The notes under the pieces were generated by a model that ran no database searches, was not told the origin of the DNA, and was given only the letters and a program-made list of their open reading frames with translations. From Euprymna scolopes (lineage: Eukaryota): 64,000 bases of DNA. Position 1 is the stretch's first letter. Each line of letters begins with the position of its first letter. Shown here piece by piece: positions 27,801-40,596 of the stretch. Position numbers and translations under genes: made by a program. The DNA lies in assembly GCA_053919585.1 (NCBI GenBank), contig CM132792.1. One strand, written 5' to 3'.

Positions 27801-29939
27801 TGTATCAAATTTAATTATTACGCTATAGTTTGATGATTAAATCATTAATTGAACTAATTTTTTTATAAAACTAGAAACTGATTTGGTTATGGTAATGTTT
27901 TAATCTTCATTTATAAAACGTTCAATCTTTTATTACATGAGGATTAACTAAGAATTCGGAAGCCAGATTAAATGATTTCCTATTCAACAGTTTAAATGCT
28001 TCAAAATTGCTTTCAAATTCATTTTTTTAATACTATGTGAGAAATTAATCTCACAAACTCAATACTCCCTGGCAGAGGCAAAATAATTCCACAATTACAA
28101 AACTATACCTTCAAACGCAAATTTTATTCAGTTATAACATCAAAGAAAGGTTATTGGTCCGGGTACAGTCCTTGCAAAACGGTGGGTCAGTTTTGCCTCC
28201 CAAATAGGGAGCCAGTAGTTAACTCCCCTTGTTGGAGTGGTAGCGTGGTTTTCCTTTCAAAAAAGGTCCATGATAATTCTTGGTGTTCTCGGCAAGAGTT
28301 CTGGTGTCTTTAATTAGGCATAAATCGAGTCCCTTGGGACCCTAATTGAATTGAGAAAAGTTCAAACATTTAGGTGATATAAACATGATGAAAATGTTCA
28401 AATGATGCCACCCTCTAATTGGGATATCTTCGACACAACATAAAGGTGTCTGTCTCTGCTTGTAGATATTTCAAGTCCTTTTTCACCAAACATTCAGGTG
28501 ATATAAACATGAAATTGTTTCGGCTCCATTCTCGATAAGGCATTCTTCTCGGAGCCGAGTTTTGGTGAATCTTTCTTGCCGGGTGTTTTCTCAGACTTAA
28601 ACAAAATGGATGTTTACAAAACGAAGGCGCCAAGTAATTATCTTGGCTCATACAAATTAACCAATCACAGGCTGCCTACTAGAATTGTGCGTAGGCGGCT
28701 TAAAACATGAAATGGCATTGTAACTAGAATTTCGCACAACTATTGACAATTGATTAAAAGAGCTAACTGATTTATGCACAAACCAAAATGCATTATGATG
28801 GATTCAATTTCTTAATTTTTAGTAGTATTTTTAAAAAGGTTATATTTTAGTATTTTACGCCACTGAATCTGTTATTTCACTAAATAATAGAGCAAATAAA
28901 ATAAGACGCAAGTCAGAGGCGAAAAAGATATGCAGGCATCGGGTGGTGTGTAATAAGCATAGGTGGAGGTAATGCCTGGGACCGAACTCCACAAGTCCTA
29001 GCCCCGATGTCTGATAAGTGTATAAAATTATGCAATAAAAGTATTAAAAAAAAAAAATAAAATAACGAATTTTCGCCGCCATAAAATCGAACCTCCTGTC
29101 TAACTTTCCCCTCGTAAGAGAGGAGGGAAGGTTCTTTCTTTATGTCAAGGTGGTGACAAGTTTAAAGTTAAAAATTGATTGTTTTGTATACAATTATTAT
29201 GGTACGATTTTATTTATATCCGCTAAGGAGGTTATGTTTTCGGTCGCGAAACTGTCCCTATATTTGTATACAGCCTAGTGCCTACATTGTTTGACCAATC
29301 GTCACCTAACTTGGTCAAAATATCGGTCGCGGTGTAAACTTAAGACGGATTTAATTTGGGATATCTACGTCAAAACTCATCCGATAATTACAGTGTCATT
29401 AATCATTGAGATTCGTTACTTGGCCAATATTGTAGCCAATGAATCCCCGCATCTTATATGGTAATGACCTAAAAACGTTTGGTTTATGGTCGACATTTTG
29501 ACCGAATTCCAACTGCCGATCATCTCCAAACATAATGTATGCATCTGATGCTCGTTAACAAGAGTAATTATTAGCGCTAGGACAACAGCATATTCTTTTC
29601 ATTGACTCGAGTGTGTATCCGTTGATAACTTATATGCTTTTATATAGAGTGATGTGGTTCTTCGGTTGATTAACTGTGTCTAATTTTGTCGGATATTTAC
29701 TCGAGAGTCAAAACAATAAGAAGCTGTTGCCATAGCCCTAGTAATTACCATGCACAATTTTCAGCTTGATCAAATAAGTAGCTTGTGAGTTATTAACGTT
29801 TTTATGGCGCAACTTCCGGAATACTTTATACTATATAGAGAGAAGTAAGGCCCATACAAGATTTTAGCTCGAGTCTTCATTGTTAGGCGGCCGTCTCGTT
29901 GCTGATTTTTGTTTCTGTTTTAGTAAAATCAACACCACA

Positions 29940-30496
29940 TCTATATAAATAAAACAGTAGTTGTATGTATGTGTGTATGTATGTATGTATGTATGTATGT
30001 GTAACAATATTTAACCGATAAACTCAAACTACTGGTCACATAACACTGATTAACAAGAAATAGCAATCATACACTAACGACGGTTTATAACGAGTAAAAT
30101 CTTTGTTTCGATGGATGAATAACAGAAATGTCGGCAAGTTGAAATAAAAAAAAATGTTCATTTCAGCTTGCCGACACATTTCTATTACTTCTATGCATGC
30201 GAAAATTCATAGCTTAATGTGGTTTAATTTTAACATTTTCTCATCTATCTGTCGATAGCTCAAACTGTAGGAAACTTGGTTGAAGAGATAAGTATTGTGG
30301 TTTCGATTCTAGCTGATGGCACTTGAGTCAATTTTTTTATTTATTTATTTTTATTTTTTAAATCAGTACTGCATACTGTGTACAATATAATATTCAATAG
30401 AGAATTGGCGCTGTAATAATAAATACGAAATCTGAATAAATTAAAACATGTTTAAGCGTATTTTACAAGCGGCAAGGTCGGGCGCCCCTCGCCAGT
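29940..30496 (+). mobile_element. Helitron-like family with an internal tRNA-like segment (related: about 21863-22495, 30787-31230, 44400-44705)
   Basis: 5' TCtatataaataaaa plus (gtat)n, internal gatagctcaaac..g...tttcgattctagctgatgg, and a GC-rich 3' end ...cgccagt. Confidence 0.6.
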
Positions 30497-30585
30497 AATT
30501 GAATAAACCTCGAAGCCATCCAAATCGTTTTATGGCAACAGGCAACACTGTCACGTGACGCAACTTTGTTTATTATTATTGTACC

Positions 30586-30763
30586 TATTTACTATGCCTC
30601 CCCACGGGACAGAGTTAGACACAAGGGTCGTTTTTTAACGTGGAGAAAAGGTACAAAAATAAAAATTGTCTCAGTCGTGAAGGATTTCTCCTCCACCGAA
30701 AGAGAAATAGAAGTGCAGCATCTGAAGAACAGATACTACACTTTGATCTTGTCCCGAAGGCCA
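30586..30763 (-). mobile_element. U2 snRNA-headed SINE
   Basis: The minus strand reads tggccttcgggacaagatcaaagtgtagtatctgttctt, then the same body as 44870-45013, ending ...ctctgtcccgtggggaggcatagtaaata. Confidence 0.75.
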
Positions 30764-32135
30764 AGTAAAACACTCGTAGCGAACAAATCTAATATATAAA
30801 CGGCGTTAAGTCTGTCGGTTTGTCTGTTGGTCGATCTGTCGGTCTGTCTCCATATTTTCAAACTATCTCCCCCCCCCCCACCGAAACTAAAAGTCGCAGA
30901 GCGGCGCTAGGGTCCTCAAATGATTGGATTTTTTTATGGGCCGTTCTTTTATGGGTCTTTAACCGATTAAAATTGTTAAGGGGTCAAAAATGGGTCAAAA
31001 TTGAAAAAAATCTTTAATATTTTGTACATTCGTCTTAGTTTATTTTCAATCGGTTTATATGCGTGTTACGTTGGTACAGTGGTAACGTCACTAGCTTTGA
31101 ATGCTAGTTTCGGTTACGATTCTAGCTGATGGTACCTAAATACTTTTTTACTTTTGGAAATCACAACTCTAATAATAATATATACGAAGTCTGGATAAAT
31201 TAAAATATCATATTTAAGCGTATTAATCGTTACAAAAATAAGAATTAAAATAAAATAAACAGAATATTTTGCACCATTTTTAGTTTGTGGTTAATGTTTG
31301 AAAATAATTTCAATGTTATCAAAAAAAATTGTATGCGTTATGCATCGGTGAGGTTGGGGTAAAATTGTTTTGTTTATTTCATTTTGAAACTTAGATGTAT
31401 TTGGGAACAACACTGACTTTTAAAGGTGCCGGTTAAAATGCAATTAAACTAGTTTACCCCCCCTCCCCACACACACACAATAACCTTTTCTTGTATTGAC
31501 ACCATGAACACGATTAGTGTTTGACCGTTTGGGTTAGGGCATGTATTTGTTTATTGTTTTGCTATAAAATAGGCCTTCATTAATCCAATGACAAACCCTA
31601 AATTTAGAGTAACAATACAAAGGAAAAAAAAAAAAAATGAAAACAAAAAATGATAAAAATTATCGATACTTCTGCAGTTTACGAACCGTACTGAAATAGC
31701 GTTATTACTTAGAAATTCATTTTTAAATGGAATAGTGGGGGGGGGGAGCTTTTTGACTAATTTCATTTAACAATATAAGTAAAAGATACCGTAAAAAAAA
31801 TAAATTTAACTTGAAAGTCATATAAAAAAAAGAGTATTTTTTATGAGTACCCAACGTAGTATAAACATCCCCTATATCTCTCTATATTAAGAATGGCTTT
31901 CAGAATAACCTCGAAAGCCGTACGTAAAATGGGGGAAATTGGGAGTGTTTGTACTACGCTAGGTACTGTCGTAAAAAAAAACTAAAAAAAAAAAAACACG
32001 GCCCTTAAACTGCACAAGCATCAAATCATTAATAAGCTGTTTAGGTATGGTTGTTCATGGAAGAATGCTGTTCTGAGATTGTTTTTTAACTGAAATGAAT
32101 CAGATTTTGTTTTGAATTCCAAGATTTTGTTGTTC

Positions 32136-32342
32136 CTATTTGCTTGCCTCCTCACGAGGACAGAGTTCGATAAAAGGTCGGCTTTTAATGTGGGAAAATC
32201 CAGCCCCCCACTCAAATGGGGCACACTGGATAGGAACAAAAATTTTAATTGTTTCAGTCATGAAGGATTTCTCATCCACTGACCGATGATAGAAAATGGT
32301 AAAGTGTAGCATCAGAACAGATACTGACTGCACTGTGATCCC
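32136..32342 (-). mobile_element. Diverged U2 snRNA-headed SINE copy
   Basis: gcctcctcacgaggacagagtt...cagtcatgaaggatttctc...cagaacagatact...tgatc is collinear with 30596-30750. Confidence 0.6.
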
Positions 32343-32796
32343 CCCCCCCCAAAAAAATAACTTGAAAAATGAATCGTTATTACTTAATTCGGTCGTTTTT
32401 ACATTAACTACAGAAGACACGATTCTTTTTATTTTTTTTTAATACAATTAGCGAGTTGTTTTTGTGTTCGCGTGAAAAACAGTGTTTATGAAGAAGCAGT
32501 TTTAACTTCGACCCGGTCATTTATTTATGTATTTATTTTTAATGGGGAAATAAAATCTACGTAAGAATACTGCAATCATTAAAATTCACCAGAGAAGAAA
32601 AGAGAAGAGTAGTAGTGGTTGATGAGAATCGCCCCCTCACCACCACCACCATCCATTAATCAACGATACGACGCTATATAAAACTGGGGGGGGGGGGGTC
32701 CTTGTCAGCAGAGCAAACCCGGCATTCCAATCTGCACACACACGGTCACACTTCTTATCAAAAAGGCATGTTAAGACACAGTAGTTACATTAGGGA

Positions 32797-32840
<44 letters not shown>

Positions 32841-33195
32841 AAAAAGGGTTAAGAGTACGTACGGCTGATGAAGGGACAGGGCACCAGGTATCCCCCACCC
32901 ACCCCGTTCCAAGTATACCAAACAATAGCAAGAAACACTTAGCAACCGCAGCTTACTTTTTCGATATGATTTTCTAATATGGAATTTATTTCTACACAAT
33001 GGTTCTTTCAACGAAAAATTAATGGTATAGTGCTTATGCAGAATACGGACAATGCTTATACTGGCAATATTTAGAAACCCATTCTTAACAGAAGGTAGAC
33101 CGTTTTGTAACCATTCTATACGTTCACCTAACAATTTAATAAACAAAAGATACCGCATTCAACTTGAAAATCATATCTTAAAAAAAAAAAAAAAA

Positions 33196-33695
33196 GCACA
33201 GTCTGTATTCTGCATAAGTACAAAAAAAAGCACAGTCCGTATTCTGCATAAGTACAAAAAAAAGCACAGTCCGTATTCTGCATAAGTACAAAAAAAAGTA
33301 CAGCCCGTATTCTGCATAAGTACAAAAAAAAGCACAGTCTGTATTCTGCATAAGTACAAAAAAAAGCACAGTCCGTATTCTGCATAAGTACAAAAAAAGC
33401 ACAGTCCGTATTCTGCATAAGTACAAAAAAAAGCACAGTCCGTATTCTGCATAAGTACAAAAAAAAGCACAGTCCGTATTCTGCATAAGTACAAAAAAAA
33501 GCACAGTCCGTATTCTGCATAAGTACAAAAAAAAGCACAGTCCGTATTCTGCATAAGTACAAAAAAAAGCACAGTCCGTATTCTGCATAAGTACAAAAAA
33601 AAAGCACAGTCCGTATTCTGCATAAGTACAAAAAAAGCACAGTCCGTATTCTGCATAAGTACAAAAAAAGCACAGTCTGTATTCTGCATAAGTAC
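33196..33695 (+). repeat. Minisatellite: 15 copies of GCACAGTCCGTATTCTGCATAAGTAC + A7-9 (33-35 bp period)
   Basis: Counted directly. The unit equals the terminal inverted repeat of a dispersed MITE, whose left end is at about 33030. Confidence 0.95.
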
Positions 33696-34119
33696 AAAAA
33701 AAAAAAAAGAAAAGATATTTTAAAAAAACTATTGCTTTCTTTACCATTTCAGCCGATTTTACGAAATCTAAAACAGTATTTATTAACCTCGTTCGTGACT
33801 CCCCTTCAATCCTATAGGGTGTTCTTTACGACCCATTCATATCAAATAGACTTATACTGCTACCCTACCTCATACACTCATCCTTCAATCTAATACATCT
33901 AAAAGAACTGTGACAGCAAGACAACTCCTGTTGTGAACGAAAGAATATTATTTGGGTATGTTGTATCAACCAAATAAAAGATTTTATGCACGAAAAATTG
34001 AAAAACGAGTTGGTGAAAACGACCTTCGTTTAAAGAAATAGTTTAAAATTGAAAACCAAAAATTCGACATTTTGCATGGTTAGGTTGAAAACTGACAACA
34101 ACGTGGGTTATTAGAGTAA

Positions 34120-34563
34120 GGTGCTTCTACACTATTGGGACGAGTTTTTGTAGTCGATAAATGGAGTTTTCAGATAAAAACAATGGTTTCAATTGTTTTT
34201 GTTTTTTTTGTCAATTCTAATAAGTTACAAGGGTAGCTTCTAAATTATGCAGTCGAAATTACCTGAATATTACTGAATTATTTAAAAAAAAAAAAAAACT
34301 TTAATCGTGTTAGCAGGTGAAAAATTGCTGCCATCTTTGTTTAATTCGAACGGAAAATTACCTCCCTGTTGAACTGTGTTTTACGATCGTTTTTATCAAA
34401 ATCTATTATTTTCTTTAATAAATAATTTTCTACCTTATCGATTTTCGTAATTTTTGGATATAATCATCTTAAAAATACGAGGAATACGTAGATACCATTG
34501 TTTTCATGTGAAATTCAGTTTTACGGTTTCCGAAAATCTCGTCCCAGTTGTGTACAAGCGCCT
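34120..34563 (+). mobile_element. MITE with short TIRs (second copy about 50300-50737)
   Basis: aggtgcttctacac...gggacgag / ctcgtccc...gtgtacaagcgcct termini. The body is collinear with 50300-50737. Confidence 0.7.
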
Positions 34564-35333
34564 AGATTAATTAAATATTTAAAATAATTATAACATACTC
34601 CTTATACACACTAGGAAAAGCGGGCCTTAGGGATAGTGGTAGAGTTTTTAAACCAAAAACCACCCGATTAGAGAATGAACTGATTACCAAATATTTCCGT
34701 AACTTAACCCACTTTTAAATTTGGCCTTGTGGCCCCTTAAGAATAATATCGACCTCGAGGAGCGGGGCCGGGGTATACGGCCCCTGTTGGGAAACCTTTA
34801 ACGGATCATATTTATTATTATTATTTTTATTTTTATTTTTTTTTTACAATTTAGGGATCAGCCATTCATTTTGCACGTACCTATCTAAAGCAAGTGTCAA
34901 AAAGAAAAAAAATTGAAGACGTAGAATTAGGAAAGGAAACCATTCGAAAAATCGTTCACGATCAGGAATTATTATTTCTTTTCTTGTTACGACAATATGG
35001 TCACGTGATCAAACACTGTTCTTGCTCAAGAAAGTCAGTATCAAAAATGAGGCGAAAAATGCCGAGGAGGGTGCGTGGAATTTGGCCATGATATAATAAT
35101 AGTAGTAGTAGTAGTCGAAATCGGAATGTACATGCATCCCCACGAGGGAAAGACGAGGGAGAATAAATAATAGGATCGATATTATATAACAACAGCATCA
35201 ACGGTAGAATTTATATAGCAAGCATTTTTTTTTTTTTGTCTAAATCAAACTGTTTTTTCGTTATCTGTTTAGAGAGATTGGCTTTGTTTTAATTGACGTT
35301 GTATTATTCTGCAATATTACATAAACCAAGGCG

Positions 35334-35395
<62 letters not shown>

Positions 35396-35864
35396 TTGAA
35401 GTATTGCGTGATCTAATTGCATTTTTTATCTGTAAATATCATACGTTGCCTGGGTAGATATTAATGCCGGTGGGGTGTTAGGAGAAAAATAACTCAATTA
35501 TTTATTACGTTCACATTTGTTTTTTATAGAACTTATTTTTTTCCTTTTTTATTTTAATAAATATTTGATTAGTAGCAATAAAAAAAAAAATGGCAATTTA
35601 GCGCTAATACAGAAGATGTAATGTTGAAATGATATTTAGAAGACCATTCTTAACATGGAGAGGGAAGGAAGTTTTGTAACTATATTGTACATTCACCTAA
35701 TGATAAAAATACTGCAAAATTGAATTTAACTTGGATATCCTACCCCCCTCCACAAAATAAATAAATAAATAGCACGGTTCGTATACTGCATAAGTACACT
35801 TAATTTTATAGAACTATTCCAGTTTCCATTTTATTTATTAATTTTTTAAGCGTTAGAAATTTAA

Positions 35865-35927
<63 letters not shown>

Positions 35928-37798
35928 CGTACGTACATTTGTCACGGTTTCCAGATTATAAATTATTGGATCGGGAGATCCTATTTATTAAAAAGGAGGA
36001 TGGTGATAACATACTACGAACATTAAATTAGTATATAGATACGCTTATTTAGTATTCGTAGAATGTTATCACTTATCCTTTTTAATACATAGGATCTCCC
36101 GATCACCGAAGAAGAAGCAATGTAGTAAAAAAAATTAAAAAAAAAAAAAAGTCGCTTTTGGGTCGTACGTGAAACTTAAATATACATTCTTGATCTTCTG
36201 GCTGGGACCCAAAGATAGTATCTGTACTGCCTAAAGATGCTATAATGATATATTGGGGTTTCCGTTCGCACCGGGCGTCCATACAATAGAAATATGTCAC
36301 AGACTCCTATAAGGATATTAGAGTTAAACCGTAATAACCAGATACATTCTAAAACGACATTAACCAGATTTCTTGGGTAAATACTTTTAAAGTTTTAACA
36401 AAAGTGCTACACAATAATATCGCGGGGTCTCTCCATTCACACTGAACATCAACAGAACACGCAGCAGCAATATATTACATATGAAAGATGCCGCTGTAGA
36501 ATTTCCATAGGTTCCGCTAGTAATACATACATCAATAAAAATAACAGATTGGAGTCAGAAGTGATTCCATACAATTACCCCCCCCCAATCCAATATGTAT
36601 TTATAAGTTACGTATAGGCGACAACAACCACAAACACACAAGACTTAGTTTGAGAGTTGTAGCTGTCTACAGCATACGTGTATATAGACTAATTTGAAAG
36701 TTCACGCTCATACAAACGTGATTGAAGAAAGAATGAAAGTGACAAGAATAAAAAGAAAGATTAGAAAAAAAAAAAACGTATTTTTTTGAAGACGAGAAAA
36801 TTAAAAAAAAAAAGGTGGGGCCATGAGAAAGGGAAACGGATCAGGATTTATAATCATCAGAGACATTGAACGAAGAAAAATATTGTGAGACTAGAGAGTT
36901 AAAACGGAAAGGAAAGATGCGAAAGAGATATAGAGATAGATGGAAAAGATAGATAGATAGATAGAGAAAGACAGAGAGGGGGGGTTAGGCGCAGAGTTGT
37001 TGATTTCTCATTAAATCGTCCGTCGCTCTAATCAAGTTACGCATGACGCACATGTTTATTATGCTTGCAATGTAGTAATTAGACGAACTAAAAAAAAAAA
37101 AAAAAATCACTCAAGCAAGCACCAACATTGCGTTTCTTGTCTCCCCACGTAGTACTACTACTACGCGCATGTATCGATTGAACCATTAGGATTTTAAATT
37201 CTCTAGCTTATATCAGAATAAGCTATTTGTTTTGTTTTACAAATTTGACTTTTTTAATTCATTTTCCTGCTCCAGTTGTTTCTTCCCTCAAGGTTCAAGC
37301 AAATCAACTTAAGTTTTGTGGTCTTTACACGTGAGTGTGTTGGTGTTGGATATATACTTTCAACTTATTTCATTTCAAATAAACAATGCTAACAGTTTCA
37401 ATAAAAGGGATTCAAAGGTTGCATAATTTTATCTGGAAAATTGTTCACATGTCGCGACAAAGCACCTACTGTAACAAAAACAATCGCAATGTTCTTTAAA
37501 AAAAAAAATTTAATGCACTAAAGCGCAGATACATTTTGTTGCTGTTGTTAAATAGAAAATCCCCACTGTCATGGTCATCAAATTTGAAATCGGAAATTTC
37601 GATTGATGTTTTGTTTAAAAAAAAAAAAAATCCCATTTTTGTCAGTTTTTATTTATTTATTTATTTATTTTTAAACACCATTTAAAGGTTCCGATGTTAG
37701 AATTAGTGCTTTATTTTATTTTTTTTTAAGTGTCATATTAGGTGTGGCAGTGGCACTGGCACACCTGTGTCTGTGCCTAATTTGTTATCGATGTCCTG

Positions 37799-37843
<45 letters not shown>

Positions 37844-39131
37844 TATGCAAATAAATATTGCAAAGTGTAGCATTTGTATTGATGCTACAACACTTAAGGA
37901 TCTATTTTGTCTTCGGTGAGTGAAGTTTCGTAGAAATCCTTCTAGACTGACAATTTATTATTATTATTTCAATATAATGATTTCCGCATATTACGAATAT
38001 GTTAAAAAAATAATTTTATGAAAGAAAAACTTTAGTAAAAAAAAAAAAAAAAAAGTGCATTATGGCTACAACGGAATATAAGTAATTTCTCATTAAAAGA
38101 AAAGACATTTGCTTTTTGTTTTTAAACCGAGTGTTTCATCGGATTGTATTTTGAACATGGCTGGGCTAGTGATAGCAATGTCACGTGACCAAACATTTTT
38201 AGCATGGCTAGCAGATGGTATCATGTCACGTGACCAAACATTTCTAAACTCTAATAAAGACGTGAATTTTTTTCTTATGGACTGACATAGACTGAACATT
38301 TAATCTGAATCAACCAGTAATTTATACGTTCATGTGTTATGTTTTTTTCTGAACAATAAATAACTCCAAAATAGTCGAACAGTTATTTATTTTTTTATTT
38401 TCACTTTAAGGAGACAAGACATTTTAATTTAGAGACAAGTAGCGTCGGAGTCGGACTATTTACATTTTCTTTTGCAAAAGAAAATAGTTTTTTTGTTTTT
38501 TTGGTGCTAATGCAGAGAGTGATGCGGCGCATCATCACTGATGCGCGCTATTTTTTAAATCGTATTTCCATGTTTAATTAAAGTTTTATGATATGTTTTT
38601 TTTATTATTAAATTGTAAGGTTTAAAGTACAGAATAACACCCTCCCCATGTTAAGAATGGCTTTCTAAATAATACTGTTATTATTTCAGCACGGATCACT
38701 CTCTGCATGAGTACCATTTTTTTTTTAATTTATTTATAAAGTTGAACATGAAAAAGGAAATATTGAAAATCTAAAAATCAAGGAAAAAGAAACTGATTGC
38801 GTAACAAAAATAAAACATAAAATTCGGTCAAAATCATGGATCTTCTTAGAGTTGAACGGAGTTACCGTTCTTTAGCTAACCTCTTTAATAATTTGTTTAG
38901 AAAGATGGCGACTATATTTTTAATGTCACTCGCACAATGAAAACTTGCTATAAGTCAGTGCTTTCATTTTATTTATGTATATATATAAATGAAAATTACA
39001 ATTGAATTTACCAAAATGATCCAAGATGGTAAAATTAAAGTAAATTATAAATATTAAAGAATTAATATTTATAAAATTATCTCAGCCAGATATAAAAGCT
39101 TGATAAAACCAAATAGGAAATAGAGCTTATA

Positions 39132-39835
39132 ATATGAGCAAACAGTTAATAAAATATGTTAAAAAACACTTTGAAATGAGTTAAAAACATATTTAATCTG
39201 AAAAGGAAACACTAGATAAATGGATAGTCCTTAATCCGCGGAGTTTCGAAGAAATACTCTCCTTCTCATCAGAGGGTAGGAATTAGCAAAATGCGGGATC
39301 GGATTTTGCATGCAGAAGTATTTGATGAAACAACAAGTAAGTCAAAGATCTTACTTGAAAACAAAATAAGTTAAGCAGAGGGAATATGGTAAAGAAAAAG
39401 GTGATTACACATGAATGGATAGTCTGGAAGATAAAAAATCCAGTGACGGTAAAATCCAAATGTAAAACTTCAAAAAAGTTAACTTTAAGTTTTAACTTTC
39501 TTGAAATTTTACATTTGAATTTTACCGTCACTGGATTTTTTATCTTCCAGACTATCCATTCATGTGTAATCACCTTTTTCTTTACCATATTCCCTCTGCT
39601 TAACTTATTTTGTTTTCAAGTAAGACCTTTGACTTACTTGTTGTTTCATCAAATACTTCTGCATGCAAAATCCGATCCCGCATTTTGCTAATTCCTACCC
39701 TCTGATGAGAAGGAGAGTATTTCTTCGAAACTCCGCGGATTAAGGACTATCCATTTATCTAGTGTTTCCTTTTCAGATTAAATATGTTTTTAACTCATTT
39801 CAAAGTGTTTTTTAACATATTTTATTAACTGTTTG

Positions 39836-39842
<7 letters not shown>
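39132..39842. repeat. 711-bp near-perfect palindrome carrying mirror-image hammerhead cores
   Basis: Arms of about 351 bp centred at 39487, a loop of about 9 nt and 4 mismatches. CTGATGA-GAAGGA(gagtat)TTCTTC-GAAA-C-TCCGCGGA-TTA-AGG at 39702-39745, with its mirror at 39229-39272. It abuts (TA)n on the right. Confidence 0.95.
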
Positions 39843-39878
<36 letters not shown>

Positions 39879-40012
39879 TAATTTTATGTTTAAGTAAGAA
39901 TAAATTGTTTGGGAGTAATGCCAAAAGCCATTTCAGTTGGAATATCAAGACATTGTACCGTTTTATTTCTTACAAGTTTCTTTCTATATTACTATTCTTA
40001 ACCCTTTTGAAG

Positions 40013-40149
40013 AGGGGGGGGCAATATGGGTTTCCGTAGATTGAAAAGTAAAGATAGCCGACCACCGATGCTGACGTCACGTGGACACTTAAAATTGCTA
40101 AATGCGAATATAGGAGCAAAATGCGTTTTAACAGTTTTTGAAGCAACTA

Positions 40150-40182
<33 letters not shown>

Positions 40183-40563
40183 AATGTTAATCTTAGAGAA
40201 AAATTAAAAATAATTAAAATTATATTTCTCAAATTTTAATTTAATAGGTCCATTTGTAAATGAACTAATCTCGTGATGGACCCATTTAATAAACACATGT
40301 AGTCACAATACCCTTTTCTTTTGCTATGTTTATTTTATTATTTTTTTTTTTTTGTTTTATTCAAATTCTCGTTAAATGCAAAATATTTTGATAAAAAATT
40401 GTCTGAAAAAGAGACGAAGAAAAAGGTCGGTTTCCTTTTCTTTTGTCAAAAACAATGAAAACGTATTTCGTTCCTATTTTCGCATTTCGCAATTTTAAGT
40501 TTCCACGTAACGTCAGCATCAGTTGGCCATCTTGGCTTTTCAACTAACGAAAGCCCATACTGC

Positions 40564-40572
<9 letters not shown>
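40013..40572. mobile_element. MITE with ~115-bp TIRs and G/C-run ends
   Basis: ggggggcaatatggg...gatgctgacgtcacgtggacacttaaaattgc versus gcaattttaagttccacgtaacgtcagcatc...cccatactgcacccccc. Confidence 0.75.

Positions 40573-40596
<24 letters not shown>

Noticed and set aside
33196-33695. CRISPR-like array, and the three long minus-strand ORFs over it
   Set aside because: The spacers are only A7-9 runs, there are no cas genes and the context is eukaryotic. The ORFs are translations of the tandem repeat.
39283-39691. Two near-identical 101-aa ORFs on opposite strands
   Set aside because: A by-product of the palindrome, with no recognisable protein features.
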